From: Thermoanaerobaculia bacterium
Lineage (GTDB): Bacteria; Acidobacteriota; Thermoanaerobaculia; Multivoradales; Multivoraceae
Length of the DNA: 64,000 nt
Reading direction: 5' to 3'
Assembly: GCA_963664405.1 (NCBI GenBank)
Contig: OY761158.1
Location: 1,824,001-1,888,000, forward strand
The notes below the pieces were generated by a model that worked only from the letters and a program-made list of their open reading frames with translations, did no database searches and was not told the DNA's origin. How positions within the stretch are numbered: position 1 is the first letter of the stretch; every line of letters begins with the position of its first letter. Position numbers and translations under genes: made by a program. Shown piece by piece: positions 47,965 through 58,068 of this stretch.

Positions 47965-49772
47965 ATGCGTCGATACCAACCCCTCCTCAAGTACATCGCC
48001 AAGCAGCGACTCTGGTTTGGCGGCGTAGCGCTGTTCACCGTTGCTTCGGCTGCAACCGCCGCCCTACAGCCCTTGCCGATGAAGCTCCTGGTGGACTACG
48101 CTCTCGGCAGCGCCGTGCTGCCAGCAAAGCCCCATGACTTCTTCGGCAGCACGGGACTGGATCCGACGAGCCCGGCCTTCCTTATTTTCCTCGCAGCCGC
48201 CGCCAGCCTCTGCATCTTTATCATCAACATCGCCCTGAGCGCGGGTCTCACACTGTCGTGGACGATGGCGGGCCAGCGCGCGGTTTACGACCTCGCAGCT
48301 GATGTCTTTGCTCGACTCGAGCGCTTGTCGCTGAGGTTCCACAGCCGCCACCAGGTGGGTGACTCGCTGAGTCGGCTGAGCGGCGATACGTGGGCTATCT
48401 ACTCGGTGGCCCGCGCGCTCATGACGCCGTTGAAGAGCCTGGTCACGCTGGCCATCATGGGTGCAGTAGGCTTCGCTCTCGATCCAGTCCTGGCTGCTCT
48501 TTGCCTACTGGTAGCGCCTTTCCTGGCGGCGTCGGCGCGCTTTTTCGGCAAGCGGCTGAAGCGTCGAGCGCGACAAAGTCGGGAAGCTAGCTCACGCATC
48601 GCCAGCCTCGTGCAGCAAACCCTGAGCTCGATGCCAGTCGTGCAAACCTTCGGCACCGAGGAGCGCAACCGGCAGCACTTCGAGGATCTAGCGGACGACG
48701 CCGTGGAGATCGCGCAGCGAGGGAGGCTCGTCAACAGCGCCTTCGGACTCGTGAACGGCTCGATCCTGACCACCGGAACGGCGCGCTCGTTCTCTTCGTC
48801 GGAGGAATGCGCGTGCTCGCCGGCGTAATCCCCCTGGGCACGCTGCTCGTCTTCATGCGATACGTGCGTAAGATGCAGAACGCCTCGGGCAGTCTGTTTA
48901 CGGTCTTCGCGAGGCTCAAGGCGGCGGAGGCGAGTATCGATCGATTGATGGAGGTGCTCGAGTCAGACGAGGAGATCACCGAGGATGCCGATGCTCGACC
49001 GTTGCCCGCCATTAGGGCGTCGAGCGGCCACGTCGTTCTGGAGGCTGTGACCTGCGGCTATGACCATGAATCGCCGGTTCTGGAGAACATCGACCTCGAG
49101 GCGCGACCCGGCGACGTCGTGGCCCTCGTCGGGGTCACCGGCGCCGGCAAGAGCACCCTCGTCTCGCTGATTCCACGCTTTATCGACCCCTGGCAGGGAA
49201 GGGTGTTGCTCGACGGCGTTGATGTGCGGCAGGCCACTCTGAAGAGTTTGCGTTCTCGAGTGTCGATCGTGCTCCAGGAGTCACTGCTGCCCCCATTGAC
49301 GGTGGCCGAGACCATCGCCTACGGTCGGCCGGAAGCCAGTCACGAGGACATCGTCGCGGCAGCAATTGCCGCCCGAGCCGACGACTTCGTGCGCAAGCTC
49401 CCTGATGGCTACGACTCGAGCGTAGGAGAGCGAGGCTCGAAGCTCTCGGGAGGGGAGCGCCAGCGGCTTGCCATCGCTCGGGCGTTGTTGCGAGACACGC
49501 CGGTTCTCATCCTCGACGAGCCCACATCGGCGCTCGACGTTCAAACCGAGGCAGAGCTGTTGGCGGCACTCGAGCGGTTGATGGAAGGGCGCACCACCTT
49601 CGTCATCGCCCATCGCCTGTCAACGGTGCGCCACGCCGATCGGATTGCCGTTCTCGATCACGGCCGCATCGTCGAGCTGGGCACCCACTCCGCCCTGCTG
49701 CAGCAAGAGGGGATCTACCACCGCTTACACGCAGCCCAAACCGGTGACGCCGCCAAGGAGCACGTCGCGTGA
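47965..49772 (+). CDS. ABC exporter (fused permease-ATPase), frameshifted near 48780
   Basis: TM half (LQPLPMKLLVD, FH..HQVGD) in 47965-48828; NBD (GVTGAGKST, LSGGERQR, LDEPTSALD) in 48807-49772. An extra CG in ACGGCGCGCTC breaks the frame. Confidence 0.85.
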
Positions 49773-51592
49773 AGCGCTGGTGGCTCGAGATCAGTCGCTA
49801 CGCACTCCCCCAGAGCCGCGAGCTCGGTGTGGTGGTGTTGTTGACGCTCACCAGCGTTGGGCTAGGTCTCCTCTCACCGTGGCCACTGAAACTGATCGTC
49901 GACCACGTCCTGCTGGATAAGCCTCTGCCCTCTGCTCTGCGAGCAGTCGAAGTACTTCCTGGAGCAGGTTCTCAGCAAGGATTGCTGGCGTGGCTCGTGG
50001 TCGCGACCGTGGTCATCTTCCTGGTCCGGCGCTCAACGAAGATTGTGACCCGGTACGTTAAGACCGGTGCTGCCACTCGCATGGTCTTCAACCTGGGCAC
50101 TGAGCTTTTCCACTCACTGCAGCGCCGTTCTCTGCTGTTTCACGGCGAGCGCCGAACGGGGGATCTGGTGAAGCGGGTGACTGGAGACACTCGCTGCGTG
50201 CGGGAGCTGGTCATGGACGTCTGCCTGCCGGTGCTGACCTCGCTGGTGACGCTCGTGGGCATGTTCATCATCATGTGGAAGCTGAATCCACGCTTGGCGG
50301 TCCTGGCGGTGCTCATGAGCCTTCCCCTGGCGTTCCTGAGCCGCATCTTCGCGGGCCGTATGAGCGAACGGGCCTACAAGGAGCGGGAGCTCCAGGGGGA
50401 CATGGCGGCGCTGGCGGAGCAGACCTTGACCACCCTGCCCGTTGTGAAAGCCTTCGCCCGAGAGGAGGTCGAAGCTGAGCGATTCCGAAAGCTGGCCGAC
50501 GAAGCCGTTCAGGCCAACCTCCGTTCGGTTACGACTCAGTTGCAGTTCCAGGCCTCGACGGGGGTCGTCTCGCGGGCAGCGACTGTGACCGTCATGACGG
50601 TCGGCGGCTTCTACATACTCGGAGGCGAGCTTACGGTCGGAAGTCTGCTGGTGTTGATGTCCTACTTCGTGCAGCTCTACTCGCCCATCGAAACGATCGC
50701 GTATCTCTCAGAAAGCTACGCCAGCGCGGCGGCAGGGGCCCGGCGCGTGCTCGAGGTCCTCCATGCCAAAGACTCGGGTGTGCGCGAGTCACCTCGTGCG
50801 AGGCCTCTGCCACAGGTCACCAGGGGAGCTCGTGGCCGTGTGCGGTTCGAAGGTGTGAGCTTCGGATACCGTCCTGGGCTGCCGGTGCTGCGCGACATCG
50901 ATCTCGATGTCTCGCCTGGGGAGACCGTTGCCCTGGTTGGCCGAACCGGTGCGGGTAAGAGCACGCTCGTCTCGCTGATCCCTCGGCTCTACGATCCATG
51001 GAACGGAGTCGTATCGATCGACGGCTCGAATCTTCGTTCCGTACGACTCGACAGCCTCCGACGCGACGTGGCTGTAGTGCTTCAAGACCCCTTCTTGCTG
51101 CCTCTCTCGATTGCCGAGAACATCACCTACGGGCGCCCAGGGGCCTCGGACGAGGAGATCGTGAAAGCGGCCCAAGCGGCTCGCGCCGAAGGGTTCATCG
51201 ACGCGCTGCCTGACGGCTACGATACTCTGGTGGGAGAACGAGGGTCGACTCTGTCGGGGGGGGAGAAGCAGCGTATCGCGATCGCTCGTGCCTTGCTCAA
51301 GGACGCCGCGGTCTTGATCATGGATGAGCCCACTTCAGCCCTGGATGCCCAAACGGAGGGCGAGCTGATGGAGGCCTTGGAGCGTCTCACGAAGAGCCGG
51401 ACGACATTCATCATCGCCCACAGAATCTCGACGATCCGCAAGGCCGACCGTATCCTGTTTCTAGAAGAGGGAAGAATCCGAGAACAAGGCACACATGCCG
51501 CGGCGCTTATGGAGCAAGGAGGCGCATACGCGCAGCTGATCGCAAGTCAGTTCGGTGCTGGAAAGGAGGGCAGGCGCCGTCAGTCTGCCTAG
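49769..51592 (+). CDS. ABC exporter (fused permease-ATPase)
   Basis: LSPWPLKLIVD, GRTGAGKST, LSGGEKQR, MDEPTSALD and IAHR. Confidence 0.92.
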   Translation: MKRWWLEISRYALPQSRELGVVVLLTLTSVGLGLLSPWPLKLIVDHVLLDKPLPSALRAVEVLPGAGSQQGLLAWLVVATVVIFLVRRSTKIVTRYVKTGAATRMVFNLGTELFHSLQRRSLLFHGERRTGDLVKRVTGDTRCVRELVMDVCLPVLTSLVTLVGMFIIMWKLNPRLAVLAVLMSLPLAFLSRIFAGRMSERAYKERELQGDMAALAEQTLTTLPVVKAFAREEVEAERFRKLADEAVQANLRSVTTQLQFQASTGVVSRAATVTVMTVGGFYILGGELTVGSLLVLMSYFVQLYSPIETIAYLSESYASAAAGARRVLEVLHAKDSGVRESPRARPLPQVTRGARGRVRFEGVSFGYRPGLPVLRDIDLDVSPGETVALVGRTGAGKSTLVSLIPRLYDPWNGVVSIDGSNLRSVRLDSLRRDVAVVLQDPFLLPLSIAENITYGRPGASDEEIVKAAQAARAEGFIDALPDGYDTLVGERGSTLSGGEKQRIAIARALLKDAAVLIMDEPTSALDAQTEGELMEALERLTKSRTTFIIAHRISTIRKADRILFLEEGRIREQGTHAAALMEQGGAYAQLIASQFGAGKEGRRRQSA

Positions 51593-51614
51593 GAGTACTC
51601 CCCCTGGAATCGAG

Positions 51615-52619
51615 ATGCTGTCTTTCTGCACAACGGTGAAGAACCGCTCTAGGGTGTCCGCGGGTGACCTTCGACTCGAGCTCTTCCCGAGGTGCGTCGA
51701 GTCCATTGTCAGAGCCGTTAGTGATCGAGATGACTGTGAGCTAGTGGTCACGGACTGGGAGTCGGAAGATTGGCCGCTCGAGGAGTGGTTCTACGATCTG
51801 GCAACGGCCATTCCGGTCCGTGTTCGGTCGCTTCGCGGGAGCTTTTCCCGCGGCCTAGGCAGAAACAAGGCGGCGAAGGCAGCCGGGGGAGACACTCTGT
51901 TCTTTGTGGACGCCGATTGTCTCGTCGGAGGCGGCGTCATCGACCGCGGCTTGGCCGCCCTCGAGGAGGGACATGCCTACTTTCCGATCGTTTTCTCCTA
52001 CAACGACGCGCGACACGAGTGCGGCCGTTGGCGCTCGAGGGGCTATGGCAATTGTGTGATCCATCGAAGGACGTTCGAGTCAGCGGGCGGTTTCCCAGAA
52101 TACGGTTTCTGGGGGCGAGAGGACACGCACTTCTATGAAAACGTGTGCAAAATCGCGTCAGTCGTGCGAGAGAGAGCTCCTGACCTCTACCACCAATGGC
52201 ATCCGGACGACTTCGCTTGGAAGAATCGTTATGGAGGTCCGTCACCCTTTGAGGCTACTAAGAGAGAGGAGCGTGAGAAATACAGGAAAACCGCAGATGA
52301 GCTGATGAAACTCGGTGTCGAAGCTGCAGCTATAGTCCTTGTGGACGACTTGATGCTCGACAGCGCCTTGATCCCTTCGGGCAACTGCAGGCCGTTTCTG
52401 GAGATCGGGGGTGAGTACTGCGGGCGTCCGATGGACAGCGCTGCTGCTGTGATCGAGATCGAGCGCATGCGCCGAGAAGGGGCAAGGTTGATCGCATTCG
52501 TGTGGTCTTCCTTCTGGTGGCTCGAACACTATTCCGAGTTCGCGCGTCACCTGTCGGACAGGTACGAGTCCGTCTTGAAGAACGAGCGTCTGTTGGTTTT
52601 CGACCTTGGGAAGTCCTAG
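51615..52619 (+). CDS. GT-A glycosyltransferase (GT2/GT7C-like) with a conserved C-terminal accessory domain
   Basis: FSRGLGRNKAA, FFVDAD (DxD), GGFPEYGFWGREDT and HQWH; C-terminus PFLE..G.Y.GRP...FWWLEHY...VFDL. Confidence 0.78.
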   Translation: MLSFCTTVKNRSRVSAGDLRLELFPRCVESIVRAVSDRDDCELVVTDWESEDWPLEEWFYDLATAIPVRVRSLRGSFSRGLGRNKAAKAAGGDTLFFVDADCLVGGGVIDRGLAALEEGHAYFPIVFSYNDARHECGRWRSRGYGNCVIHRRTFESAGGFPEYGFWGREDTHFYENVCKIASVVRERAPDLYHQWHPDDFAWKNRYGGPSPFEATKREEREKYRKTADELMKLGVEAAAIVLVDDLMLDSALIPSGNCRPFLEIGGEYCGRPMDSAAAVIEIERMRREGARLIAFVWSSFWWLEHYSEFARHLSDRYESVLKNERLLVFDLGKS

Positions 52620-52621
52620 CG

Positions 52622-54478
52622 GTGGCTCGTCCGCTCAAGGTCTTCTGGCTGCATTGCGGGCCGCGTGCCGGAAACTTCGGTGACAACCTTACCCCCCTGC
52701 TACTGGACTATCTGTGTGTTGACTACCGCTGGTCGCCGCCTGAAGCTGCAGACCTCATCGGAATCGGTAGCCTCTGCGAGAAGGTGCCCGAAGGCTACAG
52801 TGGTATGGTATGGACGAGTGGCTGCCTATATGGTTCGACGCGTGTTCACACAGAACACGCCGAAGTCCTCGCGCTGCGAGGCCGCCTCACCCTTGGGCGT
52901 GCCCCTCCCGACCTGGATTCCATACCATTGGGAGATGGCGGGCTTGTCGCGGGCCTGATGGCCGGACAGGAGCAGAAGCAATACGCTCTGGGCCTAATTC
53001 CTCATTACGCGCACGAGAGGAATCCGGCCTTCCGGGCCGTGGTGAAAGGACACTCTCGCCACGCTTGTCTAATCGATATCTGTTCGGATCCGCGCTCCGT
53101 GATTCAACAGGTCCAGCGTTGTGAGGCCGTTCTCGCAAGCTGCCTGCACGGACTTGTGCTTGCCGATAGTCTAGGAGTTCCGAGCCAATGGGTCATGACA
53201 AGCGATGCTCTTCTGGGGGCTGACTTCAAGTTCCGAGACTACTACTCGGTTTTCGGGAATAGGTCGATCACGCCTTTGACTCTTTCGGGTGAGGACTCGA
53301 TCGAAGATCTGGTGGGCAGTTGCTCGCTGCCAGACTCGGCCTCGACGGCTGAGATCACACGGCGACTGCTCGAGGCTCTCCGTGGAGGTCTGGGAGTGGG
53401 ACAGGACGTTTGGTCGTTCGTGTCCCAGCCAACTCTCGAGCGCGAGATCACTCTCCGCCAGCACATCAACGACGCCCTCGACCAAGATGAGTGCAATGAG
53501 GGCCCTATTCTGCGTGGTGATGCCCAGGGGAGCCGATCTCTCTCACAAGAGATCGAGGCGTCTAGCGAGGATGGGAGCCGACTTAGTCTTCTCTTTAGAA
53601 AATGCCTGACGCTTCTCGAAAGGCTGTGGCCGTTGGGCGTGAATCTGTGCCTCCTCGGGCCGGAAGACATCTGGCTCCGGGACGGCCGACCGCTTCTAGC
53701 GAATCTCGGATGGGCATGTCCAGGAGCGTACGCTCGGAAGCTCAACGAGGGTGTCTCACCGTCGGAGCTACGGCATCGTGACCTTCGACGGCTTGGACAG
53801 CTTTTCGCTGAGTTGGTTCCATCGTCCGGAGCCGCTTTCGGTTCGGTCCTCCGTCTGGTGGCGGGAGGTCAAGTTCAGACCGTCGAAGAGGCAATGCGGC
53901 TCACAGAGGCAGCGCAGGCCGCTGATCAAGCTGATCCCGCCGATCTCGCGTCAGGTCGAACGGCGAAGGAGACGGAGCCGGCGGGTACCACTGCTCCTGT
54001 CTGCGAAGACTCGCTCTTGATCACCTTGCTCGGGCTTGTGGCTGACAAGGAGCGGGAAGTTCTTCGACTGAGAGGAACTCGAAAAAGACTCGAAACCGAG
54101 CTTTCGGCCTTTCGCCAGAATCAGGCCAAGCAGCGCCTCGCGGAAGTGATACCGACGGGCGGGAGTTTCATCCTGGTCGACGAGGGTGAGTGGGGTGAGG
54201 AACCGCTCGTCGGTCGCAAGGCGATCCCCTTTCCAGAACGGAACGGCTGGTACGCGGGGCGGCCTTCCGACGGCCCGGAGGCCGCTGCCGAGCTGCAACG
54301 TCTCTTGGATAGAGACCCCAGCCACGTCGTATTCAGTGGAGCCTGCACCTGGTGGTTGGACTACTACGCCGAGCTCGAGGTCTGCCTCTCCCACAAGTAC
54401 GAGCGCGTGACGGATTGCGGGGATCTCATCGTCTTCGACCTGCGTTCGGGTTGGACCCCAACTGAGGGCGGAACGTGA
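52622..54478 (+). CDS. polysaccharide pyruvyltransferase fused to a kinase-like remnant and the same C-terminal accessory domain
   Basis: NFGD.L.P, GIGS, ALRG.LT, LGDGG, LGLIPHY, S.LHGLVLADSLGVP and FKFRDYY; C-terminus ...WWLDYY...VFDL. Confidence 0.78.
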   Translation: MARPLKVFWLHCGPRAGNFGDNLTPLLLDYLCVDYRWSPPEAADLIGIGSLCEKVPEGYSGMVWTSGCLYGSTRVHTEHAEVLALRGRLTLGRAPPDLDSIPLGDGGLVAGLMAGQEQKQYALGLIPHYAHERNPAFRAVVKGHSRHACLIDICSDPRSVIQQVQRCEAVLASCLHGLVLADSLGVPSQWVMTSDALLGADFKFRDYYSVFGNRSITPLTLSGEDSIEDLVGSCSLPDSASTAEITRRLLEALRGGLGVGQDVWSFVSQPTLEREITLRQHINDALDQDECNEGPILRGDAQGSRSLSQEIEASSEDGSRLSLLFRKCLTLLERLWPLGVNLCLLGPEDIWLRDGRPLLANLGWACPGAYARKLNEGVSPSELRHRDLRRLGQLFAELVPSSGAAFGSVLRLVAGGQVQTVEEAMRLTEAAQAADQADPADLASGRTAKETEPAGTTAPVCEDSLLITLLGLVADKEREVLRLRGTRKRLETELSAFRQNQAKQRLAEVIPTGGSFILVDEGEWGEEPLVGRKAIPFPERNGWYAGRPSDGPEAAAELQRLLDRDPSHVVFSGACTWWLDYYAELEVCLSHKYERVTDCGDLIVFDLRSGWTPTEGGT

Positions 54479-55266
54479 GTCGTCGGCGTATCTTCGTCGT
54501 CGGGACAGGCCGTTCCGGTACCAATTGGATGGGAGAGATCTTGGCAACGCATCCCGACATCGTGAGTTTCCTCGAACCCCGTCCCGTCTTTGATCTCGTC
54601 ACATCCGTAGCGGTCGGTGAGCAGTCCCGGGCAACCGCGTTCCCTCGAATCTTCGCTGAGTACGATCGGCTCTTCACTGCATCCGAGCCGTTTCACTGTG
54701 CCGACAAGACGCATACTGCCCTCTGGATCGTAGACGCGCTGTCGGCGCACTATCCAGAAGCCCGGTTCGTTGCCATGAATCGCGAAGTAGAGGCCACGGT
54801 AGCTAGCATGATGAAGCACGCTGGGGTGCGCCGGTGGTGTGAGCAGTGGGAACGCTACCCAACTCCTAATCCCTTCTTGGGGATCGTGGAGAGCAGTCGA
54901 AGCTGGTATGAGCAGTCATCGACTCTGGAGCGTTGCGTCGCACGATGGTCCTCGCATCACGAAGAGATCTGTCGCCTCCAGGGCCGCCTTGGAGACCGGA
55001 TGCTTCAGGTTGAGTACGAATCGTTAGTGGTGCGTCCGGAAGAGCAGCTACCTCGGTTACAGCACTTCATCGGCCTGAAGAAGCAATTTCCACCGACTAG
55101 GCCGCGGCACCAATCGCTCCACAAGTGGAAGGCCCATTTCTCGCTTGAGGATTTGGAGAGGATTCGGGCCGCCGTTGAATATCTCGACTCTAAGCGCGCG
55201 CCCTCGGGACAGGGTTTTGGGCGCCGAAGATCCGGTCACGAATCCCACAAGGGATCGGGGTCTTGA
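54475..55266 (+). CDS. PAPS-dependent sulfotransferase (Sulfotransfer_3-like)
   Basis: IFVVGTGRSGT (5'-PSB loop), DKT, YPEARFV...R...TVASM and YESLV..P. Confidence 0.82.
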   Translation: MSRRRIFVVGTGRSGTNWMGEILATHPDIVSFLEPRPVFDLVTSVAVGEQSRATAFPRIFAEYDRLFTASEPFHCADKTHTALWIVDALSAHYPEARFVAMNREVEATVASMMKHAGVRRWCEQWERYPTPNPFLGIVESSRSWYEQSSTLERCVARWSSHHEEICRLQGRLGDRMLQVEYESLVVRPEEQLPRLQHFIGLKKQFPPTRPRHQSLHKWKAHFSLEDLERIRAAVEYLDSKRAPSGQGFGRRRSGHESHKGSGS

Positions 55267-55267
55267 C

Positions 55268-55999
55268 ATGAGTGGTGCGGAGAAAGGCTTGCCGCAAGGC
55301 GACGTGGTCGCCCTACACGCGTACAGAGCGATCTATTTTGCAATACCGAAGGTGGCCAACTCGAGTCTGAAAGCCGTCTGCGCTGATTGGATCAAGGATA
55401 GTCTCGACGCGAAGCAACTGGATCGGTATTGGAGCGAAAAGTGGAAGCCGAGGCTTTTTCGAGATCAGCGCGCGAGGGAGTACCTCCGCAACAAACGCAT
55501 TTTGATCTCGCGGAGCGACTTGGTGAGGTTGAACTCCTATTGGAGGTTCGGATTCGTCAGAAATCCGTGGGATCGCATGGTTTCCTGCTGGCGACAGAAG
55601 ATCGCGCCCGAGGAACTTACTGACGGGACCTACGTCCGAGGTGTTGCTCGGAGTCTGTCTGCCACGGGCGATTTCCGGGCCGGGATGAGCCTTCGGAGAT
55701 TCGTGGAGGTTGTGGCCGAGATACCCGACGAGGAAGCGAACTCACACTACCGTTCGCAGTGTTCGTTCGTTGAAGATACCGATGGACAGCTCCTAGTGGA
55801 CTATGTGGGGCGCTTCGAGAGCCTGAGATCTGATTTCGAGTATGCACGAGTGCAACTGGGAGCTCCTCCCACGGAGCTTCCTCACTTGTTGAAGTCCCGA
55901 GGGACGGCAGCATATAGGGACTACTACGACTTGGCGACGCGTCGGCTGGTTGAGCAGCGGTATGCGCGCGACGTCGATCTGTTCGAGTATGAGTACTGA
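55268..55999 (+). CDS. sulfotransferase family 2 protein
   Basis: IYFAIPKVANSSLK, FGFVRNPWDRMVS, NSHYRSQ, DYVGRFESL and YRDYYD...Y..D..LF.Y. Confidence 0.85.
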   Translation: MSGAEKGLPQGDVVALHAYRAIYFAIPKVANSSLKAVCADWIKDSLDAKQLDRYWSEKWKPRLFRDQRAREYLRNKRILISRSDLVRLNSYWRFGFVRNPWDRMVSCWRQKIAPEELTDGTYVRGVARSLSATGDFRAGMSLRRFVEVVAEIPDEEANSHYRSQCSFVEDTDGQLLVDYVGRFESLRSDFEYARVQLGAPPTELPHLLKSRGTAAYRDYYDLATRRLVEQRYARDVDLFEYEY

Positions 56000-56316
56000 G
56001 CGGGGGCCTGATCCAGCGAAGGGTAGAGCTAGGGTCGAGAAGCGGCTGAAACACGGTCGCCCATCAGATCCTCGCCGGGAAGGGTCGCTGGTCACCATCA
56101 TCGTCAACGACTACAACTACGGCCAGTTCGTGGAACAGGCGATCGCCAGCGCGCTGGCGCAGGACTACTCACGTACCGAAGTGCTGGTTGTCGACGACGG
56201 CTCCACAGACAACTCGCGCCAGGTCATCTCCAAGTTTGGAGGAGCTATTGAGCGCATCTTCAAGCCCAACCAGGGCCAGGCTTCGACCTTCAACGCCGGC
56301 TTCCAGGCAAGCCGTG
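55989..56316 (+). pseudogene. GT2 glycosyltransferase truncated by IS21 insertion
   Basis: VTIIV..YNYGQFVEQAI.SAL.Q.Y...EVLVVDDGSTD...NQGQAS.FN.G ends at the IS end; the 3' part was not found in the window. Confidence 0.82.
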
Positions 56317-57297
56317 TGTTGGCAACGGTTGGAAAGTGAGCCACTCACCGTTTTAGAAGTGAGCCACCCCCGGCCCTAAAGCCGGTAGCTTGGTCTTGTC
56401 TACGGACTGAGCTACTGGAGGAAGGATGCTGAGGATGGATCAGGTTCATGTTATCCGTTACAAGGTGCTGGTCGAGGGTCGGAGCCGGCGTTCGGTGGCT
56501 CTAGAGCTGGGTGTGAGCCGGAATACGGTTCGTAAATACTTGGAGGTGAGTGAGCCTCGGCGCGTGGAGTCGGTGGCGCGCCGTCGTCGCGTGCTTGAGG
56601 GTGTAGCGCCGCGTCTGGGAGAGCTTTTCGAGGAATGGTCGAAGCGGACGACTCGAAAGCAGCGCCTGACCGGGACTCGTCTTCACCGCCAGCTGGTTGA
56701 GGAGGGTTTCGAGGTCGGAGTGACGACGGTCCGGAGCTACTTTCGGGAGTGGAGGCGGCAGCGCCAGGAGGCGTTTATTCCGTTGGTGCACCGCCCGGGC
56801 GAGGAAGCGCAGGTAGATTTCTTCGAGGTCACGGTCGAGGAAGAGGGCTCAGTTCACCGGGTATGGAAGTTCGTGTTGCATCTTCCCTACTCGGGTCGTT
56901 CGTTCGTGTGGCTGTACGACCATGCGGACCGGGTGTCGTTCTTGGATGGTCACGTTCGCGCTTTCCAGCTGCGTATTCCGATGAATCTGGACAGTCGTTC
57001 CGATTCAATCTGGACAGTGATCGGAGCGAAGCGACGCTAGGGTGATCCTCAGCTTTGAGTGTCCGGTTTGAGCTCGGTTTCCTCCCTTCTTCTAGTTGTG
57101 AATGGATAGGCCGTCGTCGTGGCCGGCAAGGCTGTGGGAAACGCGTAGCGTTTTCCAAGAGGGGTGGGAGGGTGCGGGTTCGGGCGCAGCCTTCCATGCC
57201 TCGTCAGACCGCCGGCCGGGGGTGATGGGGGTCCGGGGGAAGAGGGGGACAATTTCCACAAGTGCGGCATCGTCCATCGTTTTTTCGGAGCCAGCTC

Positions 57298-58068
57298 TCA
57301 TGAGGCAGCCTTCGTCCTCTTCGGGTCCCCGGCTGTGCGGCGGGCTCGTTTGCGCCGCATCGACTCGCCCTTCAGCTCGAGGACGTAGGCGCCGTGGATG
57401 AGGCGATCGAGGATGCCGTCGGCGAGTGTTGGGTCGCCGATGACGTCGTACCATTTCTCGACCGGGAGCTGACTGGCGAAGATCGTCGAGCGTCGCCCGT
57501 AGCGATCCTCGAGGATCTCGAGGAGATCTCGCCGGTCGAGGTCGCCCAAGGGAGCGAGCCCCAAGTCATCAAGCACCAAGAGATCGGTGCGAGAGAAGCG
57601 TCGGAGCAGGCGCTCGAAGCTGCCATCACCGCGGGCGATCTCGAGCTCTCGAAACAGCCGCGGCACTCGTAGGTAGAGAGCCGTGAAGCCCTCCTGGCAG
57701 GCTTTGTGGGCGAGAGCGCATGCCAGATAGGTCTTACCGATTCCGGTCGGACCTACGATCAAGGTATTCAGATGCTCGGCGATCCAACGGCAGCTCGCCA
57801 GCCGCAAGACCTGCGAGCGATCCAATCCACGCCGGGTGCGCAGATCCAGGTCCTCGATCGTCGCCTGCTCCCTGAGCTTGGCCCGTCGGAGTCGGCTCTC
57901 GAAGAGTCGACTCGCGCGCTCCGTCGCTTCCCGCTCAACGAGAAACCCCAGGCGCTCCTCGAAGCTCAGCTCCCCGATGTCCTTCATCTGAAGCTGCTCC
58001 TCGAAGGCGCGGACCATGCCGTGCAGCTTCAGCTCGGCCAGTTGATCCATCGTCGGATGCCTCAGCAT
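57298..58068 (-). CDS. istB: IS21 helper ATPase IstB
   Basis: GPTGIGKT, LLVLDDLGL, SQLP and ADGILDRL.H...GESMR. Confidence 0.95.
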   Translation of the reverse strand: MLRHPTMDQLAELKLHGMVRAFEEQLQMKDIGELSFEERLGFLVEREATERASRLFESRLRRAKLREQATIEDLDLRTRRGLDRSQVLRLASCRWIAEHLNTLIVGPTGIGKTYLACALAHKACQEGFTALYLRVPRLFRELEIARGDGSFERLLRRFSRTDLLVLDDLGLAPLGDLDRRDLLEILEDRYGRRSTIFASQLPVEKWYDVIGDPTLADGILDRLIHGAYVLELKGESMRRKRARRTAGDPKRTKAAS

